From positions 93,533 through 157,532 of the forward strand of contig NIVC01002074.1 of assembly GCA_002269645.1 (NCBI GenBank): a stretch of DNA of 64,000 bases, in the 5' to 3' direction. Each line of letters starts with the position of its first letter. The first letter of the stretch is position 1. Of this stretch, positions 50,915-63,769 are shown in pieces. The DNA is from Macrostomum lignano (taxonomy: Eukaryota). Position numbers and translations under genes: made by a program. Below the pieces are notes generated by a model. That model ran no database searches. It had not been told where the DNA came from and saw nothing but the letters and a program-made list of their open reading frames with translations.

Positions 50915-53900
50915 CAGTTAGTTAGTCAGTTAGTTAGTCAGTTAGTTAGTTAGCTAGTCAGTTAGTTAGTCAGTTAGTTAGTTAGTTAGTTAGTTAGTTA
51001 GCTAGTCAGTTAGTTAGTCAGTTAGTTAGTTAGCTAGTCAGTTAGTTAGTTAGTCAGTTAGTTAGTTAGCTAGTCAGTTAGTTAGTTAGTCAGTTCGTTC
51101 ATTCTCCTTGCAGATTGAGGTCATCCCCTTAAGCAGTGGTGTCCCGGAGAACAGCCCTGACATTCCGGTGGCTCGGGTGGAGGTCAAGGACCGCGATTCC
51201 CATTTGTCCAGCCTGAGCTGCCGTGTTGAAGACCCTGAGGGCGGCGGCGGCGGTGGATTTGTCCTCCGCGACGACTTGTCCTCGGCGCTGCCGTCGGGGA
51301 ACTTCGCCGGCCATCAGAGCCGCGGCTTTGTGCTCCGCTCCGAGCGACCGCTCAACCGGGAGCTGCGGTCGACCGTCCAGCTGATCATCGTCTGCCTGGA
51401 TGGCGGCGGCCTCAACGGTACGGCCGTGGTTCGATTCCGCGTCTCCGACCGGAACGACAATCCGCCGCGCTTCCAGAAGCCGGTGTTCCAGTTCCACCTG
51501 CCCGAGAACACGCCGCCGCCAGAGAACTATCGGATCGGCATAATCAAAGCTAACGACAAGGACGAGGGCGAGAACGCGCGCATCGCCTACTCGCTGGAGC
51601 CGTCGGCTGATGCGGACGCCTTTCATCTGGACGCTCAGACTGGCCAGCTGTTCGCCGGCGGCCATGGGACCGCGAGGAGCTGCTGCGCAGGTCGGCGTCG
51701 GGATCGGCCGGCCAACGAAGGCTGGCTCAGGTGAGCCGCGGCAAACGGAGAAACTAGGGGAAAGAGGGTTCGGTTTTTCAGGTTCGGCTTCGGCTTAGGG
51801 GTCCGTGGTTGGCGCTTAGGACTCGGCTTAGCGTTCTCCTTGATTTTATCCCGGTCGGCAATTCTCATTTTTCTAGTGAGGCAACTTCAAAGTCGCGAAC
51901 TTAAAACACCGATTTCAAGGTGACCCTGACCGTGACGGCCACGGACTCGAACCCGGACCACCGGGACTCAGCCACCGTGCTCGTCACAATCGACAATTTG
52001 AACGACAATCGACCGCAGTTTGAGCAGACGGACTACAGCTTCCGGGTGATGGAGAATGCGCTGATTGGTCGCGAGTTGGCGCCGTGCGAGCATTCGACGC
52101 CGACGACGAGGGCAGTTTGTCGCCCGGACCCATCGATTACGTAATCATCTCGGCCGGCGACGAGCCGCTGGAGCCGCAGCGGAGCTTCCAGCTCAACCGC
52201 AGGACGGGCCAGCTCAGCCTAGCTCGCAAACTCGACCGCGAGACGCGGCCAAGCTACGTCTTCCGCGTGGCTGCCATCGACAGCGGCGTCTCGGGCGACT
52301 CCGGCCGAGGCCGGCTGACCGGCACGGCGACCATCACCGTTGAAGTGGAGGACGAAAACGACTGCGACCCGCAGATAATAGAGGTGGGCGCCGCTAGGCG
52401 CAGCTTGACGCTGTGAACACTTGGGGATAGAGGTGCACAGATTAATGTATACAGTGACTAAACATGTACACTGATGACGGATGTACACTGATTAAGGATG
52501 TACACTGATGACGGATGCACACTGATGACGGATGTATACTGATGACGAATGTATACTGATGACGGATGTACACTGATAAAGGATGTACACTGATAAAGGA
52601 TGTACACTGATGACGGATGTACACTGATTAAGGATGTACACTGATGACGGATGCACACTGATGACGGATGTATACTGATGACGAATGTATACTGATGACG
52701 GATGTACACTGATAAAGGATGTACACTGATAAAGGATGTACACTGATGACGGATGCACACTGATGACGGATGTACACTGATAAAGGATGTACACTGATAA
52801 AGGATGTACGCTGATAAAAGATGTAACACTGATGAGGGATGTAAACAGATGAAGAATTTACACTAATGAATTTGCTCTTAACGAATCATGTGCGATACTA
52901 AGGGCACACAAGCTGACTGCATCCGAAAGCATCAGCCATCTGCACAGTCATTCTCCCACTGCCCCACAGCCGCGAGCAGACCAAGTCTTCAAAGTGCCGT
53001 CATCGACGAAGCCCGGCCGGACTCTGCTGCAGATCCAGGCGGTGGACAACGACGTCGGGCAGAACTCCCAGATTGTCTACAGCTTGACTTCCCTGGCCGC
53101 CAATGCCATCGGCGTTGACCGCGGCAGCGGCACGGTGATCGTCACGGGGCCGCTCGGACCGCCCGGCGCCAGCTTCGAGGCCACCCTGGAGGCCAGGGAC
53201 TGCGGCAGCCCGGCCCGGTTCAGCCGAGTCCGAGTTTTCTTTCGCGTATCGGCGCCAGACGGAGACGACGACAACGTCGACGCCGCAGCTGCTGGGGAGA
53301 ATGGCGCCGATCGGGGGAGAATCGGCGGCGGCGGCGGCCTCATCTCCGGCCGGAGCGCATCGACGCGAGCAGTTCTACTGCTGGGCCTGCTGTTCCTCCT
53401 GCTGCTGCTGCTGGCCGCGGCGGCCGCGGTGGCGCTGGTGCTGCTCAGGCCCTGCCGTCGGCGACCAGCAGGTGGCGGCGTCGACGGAGCCAACGACGTA
53501 GCTGGCCGTCAGCGTCGGCGGCACCGGAGGATGCTGGGATCCGAGGCCACCGCGGCAGCGGCGATCACGGAAGCTGCCTCTTCCGGGAAATGCGGCGGCT
53601 TCGAGACGGTGAAGTTCGCGCCGGAGCGAGGTGAGCACACCAGAGCTCAAGGGGGGGGGGAGTTGCCGAGATGCCAAGGCTCAAGGAAGAGATCCTGAGA
53701 TGCCAAGGCTCAAGGAAGAGATTCTGAGATGCCAAGGCTCAAGGAAGAGATCCTGAGATGCCAAGGCTCAAGGAAGAGATCCTGAGATGCCAAGGCTCAA
53801 GGAAGAGATCCTGAGATGCCAAGGCTCAAGGAAGAGATCCTGAGATGCCAAGGCTCAAGGAAGAGATCCTGAGATGCCAAGGCTCAAGGAAGAGATCCTG

Positions 53901-56900
53901 AGATGCCATGGCTCAATGGGTTGCTGAGAAGCCATGGCTCAATGGCGAATTGCTGAGAAGCCATGGCTCAATGGGGAGTTGCTGAGATGCCATGGCTCAA
54001 TGGGGAGTTGCTGAGATGCCATGGCTCCAGTGGGAGTTGCTGAGATGCCATGGCTCAATGGGGAGTTGCTGAGATGCCATGGCTCAATGGGGAGTTGCTG
54101 AGATGCCATGGCTCAATGGGGAGTTGCTGAGATGCCATGGCTCAATGGGGAGGTGCTGAGATGCCATGGCTCAATGGGGAGTTGCTGAGATGCCATGGCT
54201 CAATGGGGAGGTGCTGAGATGCCATGGCTCCAGTGGGAGTTGCTGAAAAGCCATGGCTCCAGTGGGAGTTGCTGAGATGCCATGGCTCAATGGGGAGTTG
54301 CTGAGATGCCATGGCTCAATGGGGAGTTGCTGAGATGCCATGGCTCAATGGGGAGGTGCTGAGATGCCATGGCTCAATGGGGAGTTGCTGAGATGCCATG
54401 GCTCAATGGGGAGTTGCTGAGATGCCATGGCTCAATGGGGAGTTGCTGAGATGCCATGGCTCAATGGGGAGTTGCTGAGAAGCCATGGCTCCAGTGGGAG
54501 TTGCTGAGATGCCATGGCTCAATGGGGAGTTGCTGAGATGCCATGGCTCAATGGGGAGTTGCTGAGATGCCATGGCTCAATGGGGAGTTGCTGAGATGCC
54601 ATGGCTCAATGGGGAGGTGCTGAGATGCCATGGCTCAATGGGGAGTTGCTGAGATGCCATGGCTCAATGGGGAGTTGCTGAGATGCCATGGCTCAATGGG
54701 GAGTTGCTGAGATGCCATGGCTCAATCCAACACGTGTGGCCCAGCAAAAATTCTCAGAGCAAGAACAGAGAAGCAACCAGCTGAACTGATGAAGTGAAGT
54801 GTTGAAGCGAGCACACAAAAAGAGAGTAATTTCTTATTTTCTGAAGGCAACGGTCGAATGGCAAGCACAAGATGAGCAAGCAATCAATCCAAACTCAATC
54901 ATGCTTGGGCAGCACCTTGTCAGTCAATCAGCCCAGCCAATGCACCGTACCGCGCAATGCTTTTCTCAATATATCGATTTTCATCTAGCAGAGCTATATT
55001 TATTGGCCTTTATATTCCAGATCAGATCGGCATGTTTGACGAGTTCGGTCAGGCGGAGGTGAGTGGGGCGCTGAGCACTCAGTTTTAAGGCTGAATCAAG
55101 AAATTCTCGCATACTCCAAGCTGCGATAAGACACAAACTTTAGTCTCATTACGCTCGTTTATATCTGCTGGCAGCAAATAAGCTTATGGGCGCATTGAGA
55201 ATGCTAAATAATGCTAATTCATCCACTTGGACTCGGACGTACACACGCGGTCTTTATGCGCTTATTCCACTCAGACACACACAGTAATTATGCGCTTATT
55301 CCACTCAGACACACACAGTCATTATGCGCTTATTCCACTCAGACACACACAGTCATTATGCGCTTATTCCACTCAGACACACACAGTCATTATGCGCTTA
55401 TTCCACTCAGACACACAGTCATTATGCGCTTATTCCACTCAGACACATACAGTAAGTATGCGCTTATTCCACTCAGACACATACAGTCATTGTGCGCTTA
55501 TTCCACTCAGACACACAGTCATTATGCGCTTATATCACTCAGACACACGGTCATTATGCGCTTATTCCACTCAGACACACAGTCATTATGCGCTTATATC
55601 ACTCAGACACACGGTCATTATGCGCTTATTCCACTCAGACACACACAGTCATTATGCGCTTATTCCACTCAGACACACAGTCATTATGCGCTTATTCCAC
55701 TCAGACACACAATCGTTTCGCGCTTATTCCCATTCGGAAATATAGTATACTTTGTGAGTATGACTCTACGAGTAAAACGCACTTTCCCCACCATCGCACT
55801 TCAGCAGCACTACAACCTGATCCAGGCCACACTGCGACAGCCGCCGGGCGCTAACGATGGAGACGAGAGTGAGTTGCTATCGCGTTCAGAACAAGACTGG
55901 CTGTTGCAACTGAACTCCTTGTTCGCTAATTGCTATCGATTTCCAATCCGTGCCAACAATTTGGCCCTTCTAATCCGCCTGTCTCTTCTCTTCCCATCCC
56001 CATCTGATCCCATCTTCGATCTCCATAGGGAGAGGGGGTAGGTTAATTACCCTGTGCTGCAATTTGAGAGCAGAGAGAGGATTGGAGCAAGCAGTACTCG
56101 AAAGCGGGATATTTTTATTGAGAATTATGAATTAGGAAATAGCACCTATGGTTTCTTTCAGTTTGTTCTGAACTTATTGAAACATTTTGGCTTCGGGTTC
56201 ACGGATTGAAGAAGGCAGTCCTGTCAGTGCACTTTCTCGTGCAACATGCCAGTTTAGCCGATTGGGGTCATCTCATCTGCAGATCCCCGACTCGGTGCAG
56301 GGTGTGGCCGAATTAGTTATCGGGGTGAACATCTTACATGTAACTTAGTAATTGCTTGTCCAGACTATTAGGGTCTGAGAGAGATAGCAAGATGTTTGGA
56401 CGAAGAGGGAGGGCAATGAGAATTGTGGAACTGTGTATGGCGAGACAGAGAGATGCGAGCTACGCTTCTGAAGGTGACATGAAGAGATAGAGAGGGGATA
56501 AAAGAGAAGAAAATAGAGAAGAAGCATGGGAGTGCGACGGAGGGGAGATGAGAGAAAGAAGAGGCAGGAGAGAAGAGGGAGGAGAGGAGAGGGGTGAGAC
56601 AGGAGAGAGTAGAGAGGACAGGACAGACAGGACAGGACAGGACAGGACAGGACAGGGCAGGACAGGACAGGACAGACAGGACAGGACAGGACAGGACAGA
56701 ACAGGACAGGACAGAACAGGACAGACAGGACAGGGCAGGACAGGACAGGACAGACAGGACAGGACAGGACAGAACAGGACAGAAAGGACAGAAAGGAGAG
56801 AGGCGGCAGCAAAGTTGGGAAACCGGATGCCCCTGACCCTCCACTTACCCCCAGGTAGAGTGTGGCTTCCGCTTACCCCCCTCAGTCCACCAGATGGCTC

Positions 56901-57250
56901 TGATCGGCAGCGCAGCGGAGCCCTATCAGAGTCTGCGCCAGCCGCCGGGCCGCCTGCAGCACGCGCACACCTACTACCAGATCGCTTCAAACTCGAACTC
57001 CTCGGCCGCTGCCGCTGCTGCCACCGCCACGCTCGACCTGCAGTCGAGGCCAGGGCGCAGAGGCGAAGCGGACGGCGTCAGCTCAGCCGCAACTGGCGGA
57101 GACGGTGGCTCCGTCGTCCAGCAGCAGCAGCAGCATCCGCCGTTTTCCAGCGTCGACGGTGGCCGCTGGGAGATGGCGGGGGGCTCGGCAACGACCTCCA
57201 GGCGGAAGTTCGCCCAGTTCAACCCGTACGCGGATGCCAGCTTTGTTTGA
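48094..57250 (+). CDS. delta1-like protocadherin (signal peptide, 7 EC repeats, TM, cytoplasmic tail), ~1101 aa; exons 48094-48746, 50211-50652, 51114-51730, 51920-52383, 52970-53630, 55021-55058, 55805-55868, 56886-57250; two 1-nt deletions (~51660, ~52079)
   Basis: Cadherin DRE/DxNDNxP motifs throughout. EC1 has VDRDSLC...C. EC7 PSSTKPGRTLLQIQAVDNDVGQNSQIVYSL resembles PCDH9/11. Hydrophobic TM VLLLGLLFLLLLLLAAAAAVALVLL. All seven GT-AG introns are phase-consistent (2,0,0,0,1,0,1) once the two deletions are corrected. Confidence 0.9.
48858..50165. repeat. 43-bp minisatellite in protocadherin intron 1 (~30 copies)
   Basis: Unit CAGCTCAACCTGAGACTCTGAGGACCAGTTGGGAAGTGAGC(T/C)G. Confidence 0.96.
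50653..51095. repeat. (GTTA)n microsatellite making up protocadherin intron 2
   Basis: Starts at intron position +1. Confidence 0.96.
52445..52860. repeat. 17-bp minisatellite in protocadherin intron 4
   Basis: Unit TACACTGATGACGGATG. Confidence 0.93.
53655..54725. repeat. 29-bp minisatellite with two sub-arrays in protocadherin intron 5
   Basis: GAGATGCCAAGGCTCAAGGAAGAGATCCT, then GAGATGCCATGGCTCAATGGGGAGTTGCT. Confidence 0.95.
55240..55725. repeat. 32/34-bp minisatellite in protocadherin intron 6
   Basis: Unit ATTATGCGCTTATTCCACTCAGACAC(AC)AGTC. Confidence 0.93.
56590..56795. repeat. (GACAG)n microsatellite in protocadherin intron 7
   Basis: Directly visible. Confidence 0.92.
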
Positions 57251-57984
57251 ATGCACTGACAGCCAAGGACCGCTAATGAGGGGGGGTTTCATTTCTCTGG
57301 CGGTCCAGTTGAGCAACCTGAAGTTTTTTCAGTTGCAGCCATACTGCAGTTTTCAGTCTACACGTAACTAAGAAACCATTTTTGGGGTCATGTTAAAGTT
57401 AGCGCAACTTCGGTTTTGGAATCAGTAAAAACTCCCGGAATTCTGACGAGCTGATGAGCTACTGTTGACCGGTGTGCGATTCACCCGATTCATGCGTACT
57501 TGTCTGAAGTTGTGACAACTCTAGTAAATCTGATGCGGGCGAGTTGTGAACCTGGTTCTGCTGGCTCAAAAGACCAATTTTTCTACTGTTTACCAAATTT
57601 GGTTCTGCTCTCAAACAATAAACGTAATAGTGTAATATTTTTTACCTGCTCGGAGGAAATAAGCCTCATTTTGTAAATACACTTTGGCCTGCTGATCTGC
57701 TGTTTGCGATTGGAATTATTCGTATTATACTCTATATTGTAGCCGTGTACAAAGTAACTGATGAATTGTCTTGGCCTTTGATAACTTCAGGACATCCGAC
57801 TCTCAAACCAGAGGAAGATGTCGGTGTAACTAAAAGTTCACCAAATAAAAAGCAATTCGCTGCATTGAAACCGCGAGTTGGAATTCGAATAAGGGGGAGA
57901 ATTAGAGAGTAACAGTTGGAGTGACAGAGGAGTGACCGATAAAGAGAGGAGTGATAGATACTTCAACTAGCTTACAGTAGACAG

Positions 57985-59520
57985 ACTCCAGAGTGACAGA
58001 GACGCAGATGAACTCCAAAGTGACAGATAGACAGCCAGACAAACTTCATAGCGACAGTAGAAAGGTGACAGACACGTGGACAGGCTCCAGAATGAAAGTA
58101 GAAAGGTGACAGACACGTGGACAGGCTCCAGAATGAAAGTAGAAGGGTGACAGACACGCGGATAGGCTCCGGAGGGACAGTAGAAAGGTGACAGATACGC
58201 GGATAGGCTCCGGAGTGACAGTAGAAAGGTGACAGACACGCGGATAGGCTCCAGAGTGATATAAGAAAGGTGACAGATACGCGGATAGGCTCCGGAGTGA
58301 CAGTAGAAAGGTGACAGACACGCGGATAGGCTCCAGAGTGATATAAGAAAGGTGACAGACACGCGGATAGGCTCCGGAGTGACAGTAGAAAGGTGACAGA
58401 CACGTGGACAGGCTCCAGAGTGACAGTAGAAAGGTGACAGACACGCGGATAGGCTCCGGAGTGACAGTAGAAAGGTGACAGATACGCGGATAGGCTCCGG
58501 AGTGACAGTAGAAAGGTGACAGATACGCGGATAGGCTCCGGAGTGACAGTAGAAAGGTGACAGACACGCGGATAGGCTCCAGAGTGATATAAGAAAGGTG
58601 ACAGACAGCCAGACAAACTTCATAGCGACAGTAGAAAGGTGACAGACACGTGGACAGGCTCCAGAATGAAAGTAGAAAGGTGACAGACACGTGGACAGGC
58701 TCCAGAATGAAAGTAGAAGGGTGACAGACACGCGGATAGGCTCCGGAGGGACAGTAGAAAGGTGACAGATACGCGGATAGGCTCCGGAGTGACAGTAGAA
58801 AGGTGACAGACACGCGGATAGGCTCCAGAGTGATATAAGAAAGGTGACAGACACGCGGATAGGCTCCAGAGTGATATAAGAAAGGTGACAGACACGCGGA
58901 TAGGCTCCAGAGTGATATAAGAAAGGTGACAGACACGCGGATAGGCTCCGGAGTGACAGTAGAAAGGTGACAGACACGTGGACAGGCTCCAGAGTGACAG
59001 TAGAAAGGTGACAGACACGCGGATAGGCTCCGGAGTGACAGTAGAAAGGTGACAGATACGCGGATAGGCTCCGGAGTGACAGTAGAAAGGTGACAGATAC
59101 GCGGATAGGCTCCGGAGTGACAGTAGAAAGGTGACAGACACGCGGATAGGCTCCAGAGTGATATAAGAAAGGTGACAGACACGCGGATAGGCTCCGGAGT
59201 GACAGTAGAAAGGTGACAGACACGTGGACAGGCTCCAGAGTGACAGTAGAAAGGTGACAGACACGCGGATAGGCTCCGGAGTGACAGTAGAAAGGTGACA
59301 GACACGCGGATAGGCTCCAGAGTGATATAAGAAAGGTGACAGACACGCGGATAGGCTCCGGAGTGACAGTAGAAAGGTGACAGACACGTGGACAGGCTCC
59401 AGAGTGACAGTAGAAAGGTGACAGACACGTGGACAGGCTCCAGAGTGACAGTACAAAGGTGACAGACACGTGGACAGGCTCCAGAGTGACAGTACAAAGG
59501 TGACAGACACGTGGACAGGC
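57985..59520. repeat. 41-bp minisatellite with higher-order structure
   Basis: Unit GACAGTAGAAAGGTGACAGACACGCGGATAGGCTCCGGAGT. Confidence 0.95.
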
Positions 59521-60324
59521 GGATAGACAGTTTTAAGAAGCATCGCGCAATCCAGAGTGCCAATCAAACTGAAGTCTTCACTCTCCACTCGATGGAAATA
59601 TTAATAACTAATTTTCTACGTTGTACATTGGCATGTTAAAAACAAAACGCATATACAATGATCATCTCCTACACCCAGGTGTTCGGTTGCAATTAGCCTG
59701 GCTTGGCTTCCTTGCCTACTTCTATAGGCAATGAGAATAAGAAGATTCACAATACTGGTTGAATAATAATGCACTACGGGTTTCCATGCTGCCCCCCCCA
59801 CACACACGCCTAAATCTGATTGGGGATTCATCAATACACAAAACCACTGAGTTGTCGCAAAGAGCAGAGCGTTCGCAGCATTTACATCTATAGATAAGTT
59901 TAATTCTGGAAATTTTGCCTAAACTGACGCGGCTGCAGCTTCCAAGGCCTGGGAGAGCGATTTGGCATTGCCTCATCAATATGCTGCATTTGTCGCCTCA
60001 GAGCTCTCAGTCCTACATATTTCTTGTATAGCTATTTCCATTTTATCTATCTGTATAACTGACCCAAATCTCTAGTGAGCATGATCGCGAGCAAGGAACA
60101 CATTGCCACACAGACTTCTGTATAGCAAGTGAAATAATGCGTTCATTCAGTTTTGAGACAGACATTCAGTATTCGAGCGTTGTAGAGATGTAATTAAACA
60201 AAATATATACACAAAGGATTGCTGTTACACAATAATAAACGTATTTAAGTTAAAAACATAATAAAGCATAATAATTTTTTATAATAATAGTTATTTCTAG
60301 TAATAAAAATTGGGTGTTTGTGAC

Positions 60325-61230
60325 ACCAGCGCTGATTGGCTAGTCCAAAAAACAGCTGATTGTGCTAGGCCAGCGCTGATTGGTTAATCCAAAAAACTGC
60401 TGATTATGGTAGTTCATCGCTGATTGGCTGATCCAAAAAAACAGCTGATTGTGCTAGGCCATCGCTGATTGGTTAATCCAAAAACAGCTGATTGTGCTAG
60501 GCCAGCGCTGATTGGCTAATAATTCAAAAACAGCTGATTGCGGTAGGTCATCGCTGCTTGACTTATCGGAGGCATAAGGGAGATTCCATCCTTTTTATTA
60601 GTAAAAAAGAGGATACAAAGATTTGATGCTCCAATTTGCTAATAAAAAGAGCTGCTGGCTGCTGCTTTACAGATCTACACAGTCAATTAATAAAGATAAT
60701 TTATTGTTCATTTATAAGACTACTACCAGTAGCAATACAAGATATTAACGATACGAGCTGGTACAAAACGATCGAAAACTTGTAGAAATAGATACTGCAA
60801 AAGCATGATGCATTTTTTTCATATTTTTGAATGAACGTAGAGATCTCTAAGAATCTTCGAGAGCTATTGGCGATAAGAATTAAAGTAAAAAAAGATAAAA
60901 AAAGCTGTCAAATATCCTTTCGTACTGCGTGCGGCCTTGAATTGTCTAAGCTGAGGTCCAACTGAAGGCAAGTCCACCAAGAAAATCCGTCCTGAACTTC
61001 CACTTTGTCTACACCAAGCTGATAGTCATTACGCTGCTGGATTTGAGCAGGCTCGGGCGATCGATGACGCTTCTGGCCTCGGTTGCTGATTGGCTGTCGC
61101 ATATCGGTCGATTGGACTAGGCCAATGCTGATTGGCTGGCGCATATCGGTCGATTGGACTAGGCCAACGCTGATTGGCTGGCGCATATCGGTCGATTGGA
61201 CTAGGCCAACGCTGATTGGCTGGCGCATAT
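60325..61230. repeat. Two related CTGATTGG-rich short arrays (~44 bp at 60325-60555; 39 bp at 61083-61230)
   Basis: Both share the GCTGATTGG and CTAGGCCA motifs. Confidence 0.8.
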
Positions 61231-61784
61231 CACGCGGTTCTTTTAGGCCAGAGCTCATTGGCATGAAGGTTTATTGCATTCGCAAAAGGCAATTATACTG
61301 AAATATTTCTGGTAGTCTATTTCATTTTTACTTTAATAAAAACCTCTAACCATTTGATAAAGTCAATCATAATGATAAAGTCTCAATAATTTCTGCCAAA
61401 TAATGTTTTCAAGATGTATTCAATGCGTTCACGCGTCATCAATGTAGTATATTTTCTAGCTGGTCAAACAATATAAAGTTAAACCTCACTGAAAAACTGC
61501 TGCATCCCACTAGCAGCATAAAATCAAAGATTATAGCAAAGCAGCAATGGAAAATTTGTCATAGATCAAAGTGTAAGAAGTCACAATTGTAAAAACTTGG
61601 AATTACGAGTATAATCGTATACAGTGATGGGAGAGATAAATATAGTTTTTCATCGTGTATAAAATCATTGTAAAAATTGCACCACTTCGTTAAAAAGCAA
61701 TCGAACTTACATTACACATTGTTGTCAAATTGGTAAGTTTGACTGACTGAAAGTGGGCACTAAGGCTCCGCCAAGAGGGTGGCG

Positions 61785-62366
61785 AAGGGCACTGAGTCAC
61801 TGATTTGAGTAACGAAAGGCACTGAGTCACTGAATCGGGTAGCGAAGGACACTGAGTCACTGAATCGGGTAGCGAAGGGCACTGAGTCACTGAATCGGGT
61901 AGCGAAGGGCACTGAGTCACTGAATCGGGTAGCGAAAGACAGAGTCACTGAATCGGGTAGCGAAGGGCACTGAGTCACTGAATCGGGTAGCGAAGGACAC
62001 TGAGTCACTGAATCGGGTAGCGAAGGACACTGAGTCACTGAGTCGGGTAGCGAAGGACACTGAGTCACTGAATCGGGTAGCGAAGGACACTGAGTCACTG
62101 AATCGGGTAGCGAAGGACACTGAGTCACTGAATCGGGTAGCGAAGGGCACTGAGTCACTGAATCGGGTAGCGAAGGGCACTGAGTCACTGAATCGGGTAG
62201 CGAAAGACACTGAGTCACTGAATCGGGTAGCGAAGGGCACTGAGTCACTGAAACGGGTAGCGAAGACACTGAGTCACTGAATCGGGTAGCGAAGGCACTG
62301 AGCACTGAATCGGGTAGCGAAGGACACTGAGTCACTGAATCGGGTAACGAAGGACACTGAGTCACT
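61785..62366. repeat. 30-bp minisatellite
   Basis: Unit TGAATCGGGTAGCGAAGGGCACTGAGTCAC. Confidence 0.95.
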
Positions 62367-62794
62367 AAAGATGGTAGCTGAACATGCAGTGAGAAATTTA
62401 GTCATGACACCCGTTGGATGAATGAATGAATGGACAATGTTATATAAATCAAAATAGTTGTTAAAAAGCTTTTTCTAATCAAAATTAAGCCAAATGAGCC
62501 ACGACATAAGAAAACTAATGATAAAAATTTAAACATGAAACTGATCTTTGCCGCGATTGCCAAGCGAGAGAAATGCCATTTTTATCTGTTTTCTTTTGAA
62601 GACGGCGACCAATGATTCTATAATCCATACTCATAATTGAGTAAACGGCTACACAGCAGCGATAACATTTGGTGTACTTTTAACAGTTGGGAATGCAAGT
62701 TCAGAGGTCTAGTGTGAACGGCATGTACGGCTGATGATAAAAGTTCTGCTGCACCCAAGCGGGGCTTTTTTGATAGGGATCAAAGTTTTTCGAA

Positions 62795-63172
62795 CCAGAG
62801 GCGCCAGTAGCAGAGGCGCCAGCACCAGAGGCGCCAGCACCAGAGGCGCCAGCACCAGAGGCGCCAGCACCAGAGGCGCCAGCACCAGAGGCGCCAGCAC
62901 CAGAGGCGCCAGCACCAGAGGCGCCAGCACCAGAGGCGCCAGCACCAGAGGCGCCAGCACCAGAGGCGCCAGCACCAGAGGCGCCAGCACCAGAGGCGCC
63001 AGCACCAGAGGCGCCAGCACCAGAGGCGCCAGCACCAGAGGCACTAAATCCAGAGGCACTAAATCCAGAGGCACTAAATCCAGAGGCACTAAATCCAGAG
63101 GCACTAAATCCAGAGGCACTAAATCCAGAGGCACTAAATCCAGAGGCACTAAATCCAGAGGCACTAAATCCA
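62795..63172. repeat. 15-bp minisatellite with two sub-arrays
   Basis: AGAGGCGCCAGCACC, then AGAGGCACTAAATCC. Confidence 0.95.
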
Positions 63173-63395
63173 GATTAACTCAGCAAACCCGAAGCGACTT
63201 TGGCGCGAGATTCCGAACGCGTTAATCACTGAGCTGCTGCCCACTCCCTGACTCAGCTGAATTTCTCATTTAACATCGACCTGACGGAGCTTTCCAGATA
63301 CTCAATGCTTTGAAATATTTCAAGACTTTCAGCTCGGGTGCAGCAAGAACACACAGAGAACTGTGTTTGGGGTCTCACAGCAGCCTGTCGCTCAT

Positions 63396-63750
63396 TCACT
63401 TCGGCCCCATCGCCGCAAGAAGATCCTCGGGCGGCGAGACGCCGATGTCCGCCACTGCCACGGCAGCCCTCGCCGAAGTGTCCGCCGACAGACGAAGATC
63501 GTCCGGACGCGGCACTGTAGCCCGCTCGCTGCGCCGCCGCCCACTGACGTCAGCGTCGTCAATCAGCAGCAGCTGCAGGCCGCCTCGGAGCACCGGAGAC
63601 CGGCAGCGACCGACGAATGTCGGCAGTTCGATGACGACGGCGACTCTAGGCGCTCGCGGGCGGCAGTTAGCAGGCGTGGCTTCGCTTGGCGAGTTTCGCT
63701 GGAATCCAACGCGGCGATTGGCGACGTCGGCGACGCGGCAAACGTCGATT
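63396..63750 (-). CDS. Probable terminal exon of a gene that extends beyond the window; product unknown
   Basis: GC-rich open frame after the acceptor tcgcag| (VIDVCRVADVANRRVGFQRNSP...LLAAMGPK*), with a repeat array upstream as in other introns here. Confidence 0.35.
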
Positions 63751-63769
63751 ACCTGCGATTGACGGTATT

